From an uncultured Verrucomicrobiae bacterium (GTDB lineage Bacteria > Verrucomicrobiota > Verrucomicrobiia > Chthoniobacterales > Chthoniobacteraceae), in assembly GCA_963828525.1 (NCBI GenBank), contig CAWHEP010000012.1:1-64000 (forward strand): 64,000 nucleotides of DNA, read 5' to 3'. Every line of letters begins with the position of its first letter. Position 1 is the stretch's first letter. Below are positions 29,490 to 40,393 of the stretch, one piece after another. The position numbers and the translations under genes are program-made. The notes under the pieces are model-generated. The model had not been told where the DNA came from and did no database searches. It saw only the letters and a list, made by a program, of their open reading frames with translations.

Positions 29490-30744
29490 ATGCCCGCCGC
29501 ACACTTAACCAGGCCAGCGCAATTGGGCCTTGATCTTTCCCCTCTGGATGTCGCCCGATCTTTCCGGGGCGAAGACGGCATCGCGTTCTTCGATACCGCC
29601 CTGGAAGCTCCGGGGACCGATACCTGCTCGTTACTCGCCTCCCGACCTGGCATGGTCATGTCCGGCCAATCGCCGGCAGATTGGGAAAGACTGCGAGCCG
29701 AGGTCGCGCGACGGCAGAACGCGTGTCACGCCGAATGCCCCTTCCCGGTCGGTTTTGCGGCGGGATCAGTGGATTATGAGGGGTCATTTTACTTCGCTTT
29801 TTACGATCACCCGCTGATTTTCGAGCATCGTTCCAGACGCTGGCTCTCAACGAAGGATATTTCGCCGCCAGTCACACCTCCGGCCTCCTTGAGCGCGTCA
29901 TCGTCTTGCCTTCGCCTCCGGCACGACCAAGGATCAGTTCTGCGAACTGGTAAGGCGCGCCAGGGATTACATTGCGGCAGGAGATATATACCAGGTGAAC
30001 CTCTCTCACGAGTTCAGTGCTTCATTCACCGGGGAACCATGGGGGTTCTACGAAGCAATGCGGCTCGATTCGCCTGCTCCTTTCTGCGCATTCTTGCGAC
30101 AGGATGCGCGCTTCATACTTTCCTCGTCTCCAGAGATGTTTCTCCGCATGAGCGGGCGGCGGATCACGACGCGCCCGATCAAGGGCACGCGCCCGCGGCG
30201 TTCGGATCCTGTTGACGATGAGCGCTCGGCTTCGGATCTAGAAACCTCATCCAAGGAAATCGCCGAGCTAACGATGATCACCGATCTGCAGCGGAACGAC
30301 TTGGGGAAAGTCTGTGAGTTCGGATCGGTCGAGGTGAGGGAAATGCGGAGGCTGGAGCAGTTCCCGCAAGTATTCCACCTCGTCTCGGAAATCGAAGGCA
30401 GGCTCCGGCCCGATGTTGACCATGTTTCTGCTCTTCAAAGCTGTTTCCCAGGAGGATCGATAACAGGCGCGCCGAAGAAGCGCGCTCGCGAAATCATAAC
30501 GCAACTGGAATCAAGGCGGCGCGGACTCTATACGGGCGCCATCGGCTACTTCGGCTTTAATGGAGTCAGCCAATTCAGCATCGCCATCCGTACATTAGAA
30601 GCTTCGGCAGGTCTCATCCGCTTCGGGGTGGGTGCCGGGATCGTCGCCGACTCGAATCCGGAGGCCGAATACGAGGAAACCTTGCATAAAGCTGCTGGGA
30701 TACTGCTCGCCGCTACCCGCTTCAACAAAGCGTCACGATCTTAG
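29490..30744 (+). CDS. pabB: Aminodeoxychorismate/anthranilate synthase component I (frameshift near 29900-29990)
   Basis: YQVNLS, SSSPEMF, TRPIKGTRPR, DLQRNDLG, FPGGSITGAPK, GAGIV. Confidence 0.8.
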
Positions 30745-30858
30745 GAGACTGTCGAAGCTGCGAATGTATTTGGGATTCGCTTGCCCTTTGCGCGTAAGGC
30801 TGCATAGTGACCCCCGCCGAAGGAAGTCGCGCATCACTCATGCCGGCACTATCGAGTC

Positions 30859-30932
30859 CGGGGTGTAGCTTAGCTTGGTAGAGCGCCTGGTTTGGGACCA
30901 GGAGGTCGCAGGTTCGAATCCTGTCACCCCGA
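30859..30932 (+). tRNA. tRNA-Pro(UGG), CCA not encoded
   Basis: CGGGGTG/CACCCCG acceptor stem, CCTGG-TT-TGG-GA-CCAGG anticodon arm, GGTTCGAATCC T-loop. Confidence 0.97.
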
Positions 30933-30997
30933 TTTTATTTTTCCGGATCAGGTCTTCAACGTCCGCTCCTCCAAGTCTCGGACGAACCCTACGCCGG

Positions 30998-31732
30998 TCA
31001 TTTACCCAGCGGACGAGTGACCTCGACGTCCGGGGGTGGAGTGAACTCGAAGGTTCCAGACGGGAGCGAAGCTCGGCGCGCGTTCTTGTAATTGGTTACC
31101 ACGCGGTCTCCTTTGGGGAGGATGATCTCCGTTTTTTGCGCCTTGTATTCAGCATCCATCCAGACGGTGAGTTGTAAGAGGATGCGACGCAGGCTGGGAC
31201 GTTTCGGCGTCAGAATAAAGCGGTGGCCGGCATCCTCTCGGAATGCTCTGAACGTGTAGAATTCGTCCAGGTGGGCGAAGTTCAAACCTGCGGTGAGCGC
31301 GGAAACAGAATCGTCAAAAATCGCGCGCTGACCCAGTGTGTAAAGTTCCGCCGTTTTGAAGGCGGGATAGTAGATCCATAGGGTTTTGCCATTGCTAACG
31401 GTCAGGCTGGGGCTGTTCCCCTTCACTTCCCGGCGAAACTTATCTGGCGCCTGGAAGGCAATAATCCCCTCCGTGAGGAGAGGCCTGCTGAGAAGGTGGC
31501 TCGTTTTTTCCTCGGTGAAATCCGACTCCATGGTCGGATATTTAGCTCGGAGCTGTTGAAGATCAGTCAGCACGGCCGCCCGTTCCGGCGGGGTAAGCTC
31601 CACAGTACCTGCCGATGCCCCACGATTTACGAGCAGGGCAAGGACGGCGACCAGTAAAAGATTCGCAACAGAGCCGCTGGCTGATTTTAACACCCACGGA
31701 AAGACGGGGCGGCTATTTCCAAATACGAACAT
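30998..31732 (-). CDS. LolA-like outer-membrane lipoprotein carrier (true start probably downstream of 31732)
   Basis: Signal peptide, DFTEEK, FQAPDKFRRE, VSNGKTLWIYYP, FEFTPPPDVEV. Confidence 0.8.
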   Translation of the reverse strand: MFVFGNSRPVFPWVLKSASGSVANLLLVAVLALLVNRGASAGTVELTPPERAAVLTDLQQLRAKYPTMESDFTEEKTSHLLSRPLLTEGIIAFQAPDKFRREVKGNSPSLTVSNGKTLWIYYPAFKTAELYTLGQRAIFDDSVSALTAGLNFAHLDEFYTFRAFREDAGHRFILTPKRPSLRRILLQLTVWMDAEYKAQKTEIILPKGDRVVTNYKNARRASLPSGTFEFTPPPDVEVTRPLGK

Positions 31733-32577
31733 AATTGTACCATTGTTCCGGATACTTCCGGATGATTTCCTCGAAGGCGGAAGCCATGCGCTGGGTATTC
31801 AGCGTATCCTCCCGCCGCTCCATTTCTATGGGAGCGTCCGCAAAGGAAAGATAGCGGTGACGTTCATTTTGTAAAACGAAAGCGGGCAGCACCGTTGCTC
31901 CGGTATGTTTCCAAAGGAGGGAGAGGCGCCCCTGAAAAAAGAGTCTCTTTGCCAAAGAATTTCACTGGCACGCCAGACTGGGCGTAAGGGCGATCGATCA
32001 GCATCGCGACGAATTCGTTTCTCTTGAGGGTGTTGATCATCTCTACGAACGCGAACTTATCTGTTCCCACAGTGATGGTTTTTATGCCAAGCCGCTTTCT
32101 GTATTCCTCCCGCCATTTTGTGAGTTCCGGCGCCGGTTCTTCCAGGGAGATGACCGACACAGGAAACCCTTCCGCCGCGAGGAGGACGCCGCCCAGTTCC
32201 CAGTTGCCGATATGTCCGGTGATGATGATCGTCCCTTTTCCGCGCTCCCGCGCGGCGGTGAGATGCTCGAAGCCGCGCCATTCGGAAAGGAGCGGACGAA
32301 CTTTATTCACCGGCGCGCCAGCCGTGTAGAAGTAGTCGGCCAGCATCTTGAGGAAATTGCGATAATTCGCGCGGCATAGATCATCGAGCCGGGGTCCGTC
32401 CAACCCTGAAGCCGTCGCAAGATTGTCTCTGATGATTTCGCGCCCTCGGCCCGCCAGAGAGTAGCTCAGGCTGCCGATTCCGGCGGCGAGGGGCTGCGCC
32501 GCTTTACGGGGAAGGACGCGGGCGAGGGCGAGCGCTGTTTGGAACGTGGGCAGCCGATACCAGGGATTGCTGCTCAC
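31713..32577 (-). CDS. LpxL-like (lysophospholipid) acyltransferase, frameshift near 31930
   Basis: GHIGNWELGG, MLIDR, IRKYPEQWYN; GTG start overlaps the MMPL stop. Confidence 0.85.
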
Positions 32578-35108
32578 TCGTGCCCTCTCCACACATAAGC
32601 GGGGAGGATAAAGAACAGTGTTGCGAATAGCGACCATGCCACTCCCAGCGCGCAGACAACTCCCAGGCCGCTCAATGAAGGATTGTGCGCAAGCCCGAGC
32701 GAGCCAAATCCGGCAACCGCCGTAAGTCCCGCCATCAGGACGGGCTTCAGGATGGTGGCGAGAGCGCGCTCCCGATCCTCCTGATGTCTCATGCCCAGCA
32801 GAATATATATTCCGTAGTCAACTCCCACTCCGAGCACCAGGGGGAATGAGAGAACATTAAATAGGTTCAGCGGCACGGCCAGCGACTTCAGCCACGGCAG
32901 CGTCTCGGCGACGGGAAGACCGGCCACCAATGCGCCGAGCTTCAGGCAGGCCAGCATCGAGCCGATGGAAAGCGTCAGGCTGACCATGAGGATGAGTAGC
33001 GGCCACAAGCGGCGATACAGGAAGATGAGCAGGACGACGTTAAACAACACCATCACTACGCTAAGCTTCACAAGGGTTCTTTTCGCCCACGGCACGAGGT
33101 CGGCCATGGTATAACTCCACCCGGAAAGACTGATTGGAATTTCGTCTGTCGCCAGGGCGCGTGTCAGCTTTTCTTTCTCATCCAGCGTCGAGATGGTCTT
33201 CAGAGGCATCACGTATGCCGCTCCCAGATTTGGGGTCGTCGAAAAGAATCGATTTAGGAGGAACCACCAACTTGATGTGGAGGAGAGAGCCTTGCGCCAG
33301 TCGAGCAGCGCCATATTTCCGCTTCCTACTGCCTGAATTCCGTCAATAAGGGAGTAGGCGTTCTGGAACGACTGGATGCTGAACCCCTCCGCGATCAATG
33401 TCTTTCGCAGCGCCTCCCGCGCCTCCCCGAGATTGAGTTGCGGTAGCTTCTCCGCGTTCGCATTCACCTGGCTGGGCGAAGGCGCAAAACCGGCCGGCGA
33501 GGTGAAGCTTTTGATGGCGCCGCTTTTCACAAGCTCGATCCAGTGCTTGCTGATCCTTGCCCACCGGTCGTGGAATTCCTCCTGATCCTTTCCACTCACA
33601 AAGGCGATTACCGGCTCGATTCCCGCCGCGGGCATCATCGAGGTAATCGTATGAAGCGCATGCCCGGCTTTGCTGTCCTTCGGTTCCAGTGAACGCGGAT
33701 TTGCTTCGATGTAAAGCCGTCCCACCGGTAAAACCGCGAACAAACTGAGGGAGCACAGGAGTATGGCGGTAGCGCGGAAAACAAGCCGGGGCCGGGCGAA
33801 GACAAAGTGTACATAGCGGCTTGTAAGGCGAAAAAACCAGTCCTCCTTTCCGGGTACATGTTTGTTTCCGAGGAAGACAAAGAATACTGTCACCATGCCT
33901 ACGCCCGCCAGCAGGATGCCGATGGCGATCAAGACACCCAGTTGGGCGAACCCGGCGCACCCGCTCAGGACCAGGCAGAAGAAAGCGGCGGCTGTCGTGA
34001 GGGAACCGAAGAACACTCCCTTGCCGAGTTGACGCACTGCGCTTGCGATCGCTTCCTCCTGCGTCTCGCCGCCATTGTAGTGTGATTGGTAGCTCCCATA
34101 GAGAAGCATTCCGAAATCAACGCCCAGCCCGACTAGAATCGAGCAGAACCCGATCGTGATCATGTTGAGCTGGCCAAAGATCACTCCGCCCACTGCCACG
34201 GCGACGATGCAGCACAAGAGCAACACATGCATGATCGCAAACAAAGGCCGAAAGCGGCGAAAGCCGGTATAGAATACCGCGGCGACCAGGACTACCGAGC
34301 CTAGCAATGTCCAGACGATGTCTTGAAGCATGTATTGTGAAAGCTCCGCCACATAGGCGGAACGCCCGGTTACCAGCACCTTTGGAGCTTTACCCGTCCA
34401 GCCTGCCAGAGCCCGCTTCTCGAAATCCGCCTCCTGCCGCATCACCTCTTTGCAACTCGGCACCCCGAGCCCATTTTGTTTCGCCTCAACCAGCACTACG
34501 CGCAGCTTCCCGTCCGGAGAGGCGAGGGGGCGCGTTTGTTCGACCGAAAAGGACCCGGCCAGTGGCTTCAACGCGCGCGTGATCACGCCGAGCGGATCGA
34601 AGTTAAGCTGCATTTCAGCTCGCGGTGAGCCCGCGTTAATTTCCGACCGTAACTTGTGCAACCGGGCTTGGATGGCGGATGGCGTCAGCAGCGCCATCGC
34701 TTCATCGAATTCCGACCCAGGAAGACCAAAGAGCAGCGGGAGCGCTATAGCCTGGACATCCTGCATCCCGTCGGCAGCCTCCATCGGCGAGCGGTCCATC
34801 ACCCGCGTCACCCAGGGTTCCTTTCTTAACGTGTCACCGAAGTACTCAGTGAACCCTTCGATGTCCGTGGAATGATCTTCATCCAGCAAGCCGAACGTCA
34901 GCTCGCGGGCTTGTGTGAACTGATCGTTATAGACCTTCAAGGCGGCAACAGAGGGGATGCTCGCCGGGAGGAGATCCAGGACTTCGGAATCCAGGCGGAC
35001 GAACCACAGAAGTAACGCGACGGAGATCAGCACCACCACCGCGAGGGCGCCGTAAACCGCGCGGCGACGGCGCGAGACGAAATGTGCTACAGCACGGTCA
35101 AAGCTCAT
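32574..35108 (-). CDS. MMPL/RND family exporter
   Basis: Two repeats, each with a GxGVD(F/Y)G motif (GLGVDFG; GVGVDYG); about 12 TM segments. Confidence 0.88.
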   Translation of the reverse strand: MSFDRAVAHFVSRRRRAVYGALAVVVLISVALLLWFVRLDSEVLDLLPASIPSVAALKVYNDQFTQARELTFGLLDEDHSTDIEGFTEYFGDTLRKEPWVTRVMDRSPMEAADGMQDVQAIALPLLFGLPGSEFDEAMALLTPSAIQARLHKLRSEINAGSPRAEMQLNFDPLGVITRALKPLAGSFSVEQTRPLASPDGKLRVVLVEAKQNGLGVPSCKEVMRQEADFEKRALAGWTGKAPKVLVTGRSAYVAELSQYMLQDIVWTLLGSVVLVAAVFYTGFRRFRPLFAIMHVLLLCCIVAVAVGGVIFGQLNMITIGFCSILVGLGVDFGMLLYGSYQSHYNGGETQEEAIASAVRQLGKGVFFGSLTTAAAFFCLVLSGCAGFAQLGVLIAIGILLAGVGMVTVFFVFLGNKHVPGKEDWFFRLTSRYVHFVFARPRLVFRATAILLCSLSLFAVLPVGRLYIEANPRSLEPKDSKAGHALHTITSMMPAAGIEPVIAFVSGKDQEEFHDRWARISKHWIELVKSGAIKSFTSPAGFAPSPSQVNANAEKLPQLNLGEAREALRKTLIAEGFSIQSFQNAYSLIDGIQAVGSGNMALLDWRKALSSTSSWWFLLNRFFSTTPNLGAAYVMPLKTISTLDEKEKLTRALATDEIPISLSGWSYTMADLVPWAKRTLVKLSVVMVLFNVVLLIFLYRRLWPLLILMVSLTLSIGSMLACLKLGALVAGLPVAETLPWLKSLAVPLNLFNVLSFPLVLGVGVDYGIYILLGMRHQEDRERALATILKPVLMAGLTAVAGFGSLGLAHNPSLSGLGVVCALGVAWSLFATLFFILPAYVWRGHE

Positions 35109-35195
35109 GGGACGGGAACGTCTGGGCCGATCAAAGGCGGGGCGATGGAGGGAACGATCTACTCAAGGCGAAAGCCGTGAGCTGATGTTCGCCGC

Positions 35196-35732
35196 TCAAT
35201 GGTTGAAATGAAAGACGAAGCGCTCCAGCCAGACTGATCGCCGTGGCATGTTGCTTCGAACAAACTGCGCCTCGATCTCCCGGTTGCCGCCCCCTCCCGT
35301 GGATACCTTGGCATTCCAGAAGTCCCGGCTTTGCAGGCGCGCGCGCCCCGTGGAGCGCTGGGCCGCCACGATGATCTCGCGCAACGCGAGCCAGCTTTTC
35401 AGCCTTTCGGGCGCCTGGCCTAGCGTGCCCTGCCATGTTCCACGCGCGAAGACACCTTCGGCTCGCCCGTTATCTCCCTCCACACGCAGCTTCATTAGCG
35501 GAAAACCCGGGCCAGCAAGGAAATCGAGCTGGAATTCCTTGTCCCCAAGCGAGCTGATGACGCAGTCGCCGATAACCGAACGCTGCGAAGTCACGTAGCG
35601 AAGCTGCCCTGTCATGGTGCGCCAATGGGCGTCCGGAGCAGGGAATGAGTATTGGCTCTGGCAACCAGCAAGAGAGAAAGCCACCGCAGCGAGCGCCGGG
35701 AATATCAGTTGGCGGAGTGCCGCGACTTTCAT
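35196..35732 (-). CDS. Hypothetical lipoprotein
   Basis: AFSLAGC lipobox. Confidence 0.65.
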   Translation of the reverse strand: MKVAALRQLIFPALAAVAFSLAGCQSQYSFPAPDAHWRTMTGQLRYVTSQRSVIGDCVISSLGDKEFQLDFLAGPGFPLMKLRVEGDNGRAEGVFARGTWQGTLGQAPERLKSWLALREIIVAAQRSTGRARLQSRDFWNAKVSTGGGGNREIEAQFVRSNMPRRSVWLERFVFHFNH

Positions 35733-35750
35733 CTTGGAGCTGCGTGACCC

Positions 35751-35996
35751 TTAGCCGATGCGGTGATACACAAAAAGAACAAGCATTGCGCCAATGACCG
35801 AAAAAACGATGCCTGCTGGGTGGAACGGCGCTCCCTCCTTCGGCTTCGAAAACAAGTGGGTGATGAACCCTCCCACCACTGACCCTACGATGCCGAGCAG
35901 CACTGTCATGGTGAAGGACAGCGATGTGCCCATCAAAGACTTGGCGATGAGCCCGGAGATGAAACCGATAATGATGTACCAGATAAGATGAAACAT
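35751..35996 (-). CDS. GlsB/YeaQ/YmgE family stress membrane protein
   Basis: WYIIIGFISGLIAK, LLGIVGSVVGG, SVIGA. Confidence 0.85.
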   Translation of the reverse strand: MFHLIWYIIIGFISGLIAKSLMGTSLSFTMTVLLGIVGSVVGGFITHLFSKPKEGAPFHPAGIVFSVIGAMLVLFVYHRIG

Positions 35997-36054
35997 AATG
36001 AGCAGGATAGTTGGGTTTTTGGGTTTGGTGAAGCGTTCTGTTTGCTTTCGCAAT

Positions 36055-37164
36055 TCACCGCTGCCCCGCGCTTGTCGGAGGGAAAAGGTTCAGGATCCCT
36101 TCCTCGGTGGCCGGGCATATTCCGCGCTCCGTAATCAGACTCGTCACGAGCCTCCCCGGCGTGACGTCGAAGCCGTAGTTGACTGTGCGAGCCGCCGCGG
36201 GGGTCAGGAGCACCTTTCTGATCTCCCCATCGCACAAACCCTCGACATATTTGACTTCGTCCGCGCCACGCTCTTCGATGGGGATTTCAGCGATTCCATC
36301 GCGCATCTCCCAATCGAAGCTGGAAGAGGGCAGCGCGACATGGAACGGGGTTCCGTTATCGAATGCCGCGAGCGCCTTCAGATAGGTGCCAATCTTGTTT
36401 GCGACGTCTCCCGTTCGGGTGGTGCGATCCGTGCCGACAATGACCATATCCACCATGCCATGCTGCATCAGGTGTCCGCCCGTATTGTCCGCGATCACCG
36501 TGTGCGGCACTCCATGATTGCCGAGCTCCCAAGCCGTAAGGCTTGAACCCTGGTTTCTGGGCCGCGTCTCATCCACCCACACATGAACGTCGATTCCCTC
36601 GTCAAAAGCCGCGTAGATCGGCGAGGTAGCGGATCCGTAATCCACAAACGCCAGCCATCCCGCGTTACAGTGTGTGAGAACGTTCACGGGCCCCGGCTTC
36701 CTTGACGCAACTTCCTTAATAAGGCGAATACCGTGCTGGCCGATTTTTCGGCAATACTCCGCATCCTCATCAGCAATCCTCAAGGCTGTCTCGAGCGCCA
36801 GCGCGACCCGCTCCTCTGAGGTGTCTCCTGCTTTTTGAATCACGTCGAGTTGACGATCAACCGCCCATGCGAGATTCACCGCGGTTGGCCGCGAGGCCTT
36901 TAATTGCAACGCCGCCTCGAGCAGGTGCTCTGAGAAGCCGCGATCTGGCGCTCGAAGCGCCGCGAGATACATCCCGAAGCCCGCGGTGGCCCCGATGAGG
37001 CCTGCCCCGCGGACATGCATGTCGCGGATGGCCGCCACAACATCATCGACTGAACATAGATCCTCCACGACGAACTCGTGAGGAAGGCGCGTCTGATCGA
37101 TGATCTGAATCACCTCCGGCGAGAGCTGCCAGATCGTTCGAAAATGTTTTCCGTTCACGTTCAT
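36055..37164 (-). CDS. mtnA: S-methyl-5-thioribose-1-phosphate isomerase
   Basis: DQTRLP, VRGAGLIG, RPTAVNL, THCNAG, DETRPRNQG, NKIGTY, FDVTP. Confidence 0.95.
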   Translation of the reverse strand: MNVNGKHFRTIWQLSPEVIQIIDQTRLPHEFVVEDLCSVDDVVAAIRDMHVRGAGLIGATAGFGMYLAALRAPDRGFSEHLLEAALQLKASRPTAVNLAWAVDRQLDVIQKAGDTSEERVALALETALRIADEDAEYCRKIGQHGIRLIKEVASRKPGPVNVLTHCNAGWLAFVDYGSATSPIYAAFDEGIDVHVWVDETRPRNQGSSLTAWELGNHGVPHTVIADNTGGHLMQHGMVDMVIVGTDRTTRTGDVANKIGTYLKALAAFDNGTPFHVALPSSSFDWEMRDGIAEIPIEERGADEVKYVEGLCDGEIRKVLLTPAAARTVNYGFDVTPGRLVTSLITERGICPATEEGILNLFPPTSAGQR

Positions 37165-38072
37165 GAAACACGTCCTCCTGGCGAGACGGAGGTCTTGAGA
37201 CGAGCCGCGCTTACGCCGGGGCTCATCTCACCCCGTTCTGATCGCGGTTTGGCGCGGCCGCAGACGCGCTTCACGCATTCATTGATGACCGCCATTTGCG
37301 CGCGCACCCGCGAAGCGATATCGAATTCGGATGGTGTTTCTATGGTAAACGTCCTCTGCGAGTGGTGGAGGTGAAGATAAATCGCCTCGGGGACCAGTGG
37401 GAATTTCTTCAGGTTGATTTTCCTTCTCACCAGTCCTTGAGATGACCGCCGCCCCTCAATGCTTGTTCGTCCTTCTATGGCGATATGTCGCTTCGCCGCG
37501 TCCAACAGCATTTCTCCCCAGTAAGGCTTGATGTCCTGGATCTCGTAGATGTAGATCCCCTGTCCGTCGTAGTCTTCGTGGAGAGTGAGACAGAGGGCAA
37601 AGCGGAACCCTTGAATCACGGCTTTCAGGCGCTGCGTAAACTCGACTGCATCCATGTGAAAAACGCGGTTGAGATCGCGCCCTTGCTGATCCATCCGGGC
37701 GTTATTGATCAATCCCCATGGATTGAGGCAGGGAAAAAGAAGGAAGGGGCTGTTTGCAAGTCTCTCGATGTTCGCCTCCGCCCAGGTGATCAGCGCCTCG
37801 GTGCCGGCGGGTTCATCTCCGTGGATGCCCGCCGAGATGTAGATTGCGCCGGTTTTTGGCATCTTCTTTGACCGTAGAAAAAAAACGGCGGGTTCGAGTG
37901 TTCCCCCGAAGCTGCGATATTCCAAATCTGCCAGCGCTGCGACTTTGCGCCACCGTTTCATCAAAAATCGGTAGTCGTGAACCCTATGACGTAAAAATCT
38001 GGATCGCCACGTCTCTGTGCTGGCGCCCTGCGTTTTCCCTGCGTTTACCGATTGCTTCGCCACATCAGCCAT
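37161..38072 (-). CDS. M14 metallocarboxypeptidase (MpaA / succinylglutamate desuccinylase-like)
   Basis: GIHGDEPAG, NPWG, RDLNR, LHED, TIETP. Confidence 0.8.
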   Translation of the reverse strand: MADVAKQSVNAGKTQGASTETWRSRFLRHRVHDYRFLMKRWRKVAALADLEYRSFGGTLEPAVFFLRSKKMPKTGAIYISAGIHGDEPAGTEALITWAEANIERLANSPFLLFPCLNPWGLINNARMDQQGRDLNRVFHMDAVEFTQRLKAVIQGFRFALCLTLHEDYDGQGIYIYEIQDIKPYWGEMLLDAAKRHIAIEGRTSIEGRRSSQGLVRRKINLKKFPLVPEAIYLHLHHSQRTFTIETPSEFDIASRVRAQMAVINECVKRVCGRAKPRSERGEMSPGVSAARLKTSVSPGGRVS

Positions 38073-39480
38073 TTGCAAAATCCGCGAGGATCCGCGCGTG
38101 AATGCCATCAAACCCACCATTGCTGAAAATCACGATGATGTCCCCGGAATGCACCAGAGGTTTCAGACGCGCGATGATGCCATCCACGTCGGGTTCGTAG
38201 AAGGCTTCGCGGCCGCTGGCGCGGATTGCCTCGACCACCTTCTCGGGATTCAGGCGTTCCTGCTCGGGAATTTGCTCAAGCTTCGCCACTTTCGCCAGCA
38301 CCGCCCCGTCCGCGTGCGAGAGCGCCATTCCCAACTCATTCTGAAACACCGCTCTCCGGGTGGTATTTGAGCGCGGCTCGAATACGGCCCAAATCTTTGC
38401 TCCCGCGTATTGGTGCCGCATGCCGCGCAATGTTTCCCGGATTGCAGTGGGATGATGTCCGAAATCGTCGATCACCTTGATTCCCCGCGCCTCGCCGCGC
38501 ACCTCTTGCCGTCGGCGAACTCCTTCGAAGGAGGCGGTAGCTTTTTCGATGTCGTCCAGATTTATCCCATAAAACCGCGCTGCTGAAATGGCCATTGCGG
38601 CGTTCCGAAGGTTGTACTCTCCTATCAGCGGAATGGTGAACTCCCTGTCAAATAGCCTGAATCTTGACCCGCCCGGTCCGTAGTTCGCCTCGCGAATCTG
38701 GTTTGCCGCGTTTGGAGAAAAACCGACTTCTACGATGGGAGCCGGACACGTTTTGCCAACTTCCACGCACACCGGATCATCGCCATTCAAGAGAACCATC
38801 CCATTCCCAGGGACAATATTCAGCATCCGTCGAAAACTCGTTTTGATATCTTCCAAGCTGCTGAAGATATCCGCGTGATCGAACTCAATGTTGTTCACAA
38901 TTACCAACTCCGGCAGGTAATGAACAAATTTCGAGCGTTTATCGAAGAAGGCCGTGTCGTATTCGTCTCCTTCCAGGATGAAATGCTTTGAGTCCCTCAG
39001 GCAGGCGCCTTTCTTCAAATTATTGGGTATGCCGCCGATCATGTAGGAAGGCGATAGTCCCGCGCTTTCAAAAATCCAGGCCAGCAACGAAGTGGTCGTG
39101 GTCTTTCCGTGCGTCCCTGTGACAACGAGATTATGCCGTCCGCGCAAGAAGAATTCCTTCACTGTTTCCGGAAGTGAAAGATAATAGAGCTTGCGATTCA
39201 AAACGGCTTCCACCTCAGGATTGCCGCGCCGAATGGTATTCCCCACGACGATGACCTCGGCGCTTTCTGGTATGTTTTCAGGCTTGTAGCCTTCCGACAG
39301 GCCAATTCCCCGTTCCGCAAGGAACGTGGACATTGGCGGATAGATATTCTCGTCCGATCCAGTCACGACGAACCCTTTTTCCCGCAAAGCGGCGGCTACC
39401 GATCCCATGGCCGTGCCGCAGATTCCCAGGAAGTGCAGGTGTCTTGGAATTTTGATCATGTGTTCATCCTGTCGGATCAA
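38065..39480 (-). CDS. mpl: Murein peptide ligase Mpl
   Basis: LGICGTAMG, YPPMST, GTHGKTTT, EGDEYDTAFFDKRSKF, DDFGHHPTA, EPRSNT, SNGGF. Confidence 0.93.
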   Translation of the reverse strand: MIRQDEHMIKIPRHLHFLGICGTAMGSVAAALREKGFVVTGSDENIYPPMSTFLAERGIGLSEGYKPENIPESAEVIVVGNTIRRGNPEVEAVLNRKLYYLSLPETVKEFFLRGRHNLVVTGTHGKTTTTSLLAWIFESAGLSPSYMIGGIPNNLKKGACLRDSKHFILEGDEYDTAFFDKRSKFVHYLPELVIVNNIEFDHADIFSSLEDIKTSFRRMLNIVPGNGMVLLNGDDPVCVEVGKTCPAPIVEVGFSPNAANQIREANYGPGGSRFRLFDREFTIPLIGEYNLRNAAMAISAARFYGINLDDIEKATASFEGVRRRQEVRGEARGIKVIDDFGHHPTAIRETLRGMRHQYAGAKIWAVFEPRSNTTRRAVFQNELGMALSHADGAVLAKVAKLEQIPEQERLNPEKVVEAIRASGREAFYEPDVDGIIARLKPLVHSGDIIVIFSNGGFDGIHARILADFANG

Positions 39481-40358
39481 TGGATGGGAGCGCGCACGGT
39501 TGCAAGCTCCGCGCCGCGTCGGCGCTCTTCAACGATCGCGGCGGCGATCTCGCCCGTCATCTCTTCCAGCAGCAGCCGCAGGTGGCTGCCGCGCCTATAG
39601 TCAGAGGGTGCGATGTGTTTCACACGATCGGCGTGGGTGGCAAGCTGGTAGCACTTTTTGAAACTCGTCCGCGTGGGATCATCCGGGTTGTACACCGCGA
39701 TCGCGTGCCCGCCGTATTTCCGCATGACTGTAAAGCAGGGCACATCCGTCGGCCCGTCCCCCACATAGATCATGTGGTTGAACGGCACGGGGCGGATGTC
39801 GCCCGGCATGTGATCATTCACGTCCTGCGACATATCCAGCAGCCCCTTATTAATTCGAAATAGAAACTGCGTCTTCTGCGTGTGGCTGATGACCCGCTTG
39901 GGGAAGCTGATCTTGCCCTGCTCATCCTCCGAGAACTCGCAGCCAAAAATCGCCTTCACGTACCGCGCAAGCAGACTGCCTTCAATGATGACTTTGAGCC
40001 CCGAGGAAATAATGTAGTGCTCGACCCGCAATCCGTGCTCCTCGTGCTCGGGCGTCAGCAATCCTTCTTCCAGTTCCTCGAACATCTCCGGGAGCCCCTT
40101 GTAGAAGGTCATCTGCTTCCCGAGCTCTTTAAGTTCCGCGTTCGTAGGACGGTCCATCGCGAGGTAATCAAGGATCACCTTCATGTACGCCAGTTCGTTG
40201 TCGAACCCCTCCGTCCTGACCAATTCCGAGCACTTTTTCCAAAAATGCTCGCTGTTGATTCCGAACCTTGGGAACAAAACCTGTTCCTGCATATAGCTCG
40301 GGCTCAGCGTCTGATCGTAATCATAGACGATCGCGATGATATTCTGTGGAACAGCCAT
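39477..40358 (-). CDS. HAD-superfamily hydrolase
   Basis: YDYDQTL motif I, ISSG, KTQFLFRINKG, YVGDGPTDVP. Confidence 0.82.
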   Translation of the reverse strand: MAVPQNIIAIVYDYDQTLSPSYMQEQVLFPRFGINSEHFWKKCSELVRTEGFDNELAYMKVILDYLAMDRPTNAELKELGKQMTFYKGLPEMFEELEEGLLTPEHEEHGLRVEHYIISSGLKVIIEGSLLARYVKAIFGCEFSEDEQGKISFPKRVISHTQKTQFLFRINKGLLDMSQDVNDHMPGDIRPVPFNHMIYVGDGPTDVPCFTVMRKYGGHAIAVYNPDDPTRTSFKKCYQLATHADRVKHIAPSDYRRGSHLRLLLEEMTGEIAAAIVEERRRGAELATVRAPIH

Positions 40359-40393
40359 CGCCTACCGAGCCCCCGCCGCAATTTGTTTGGCTC

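Noticed and set aside
30859..31000. tRNA-Pro as an integration site for a mobile element
   Set aside because: No integrase and no duplicated tRNA 3' end seen in the window.
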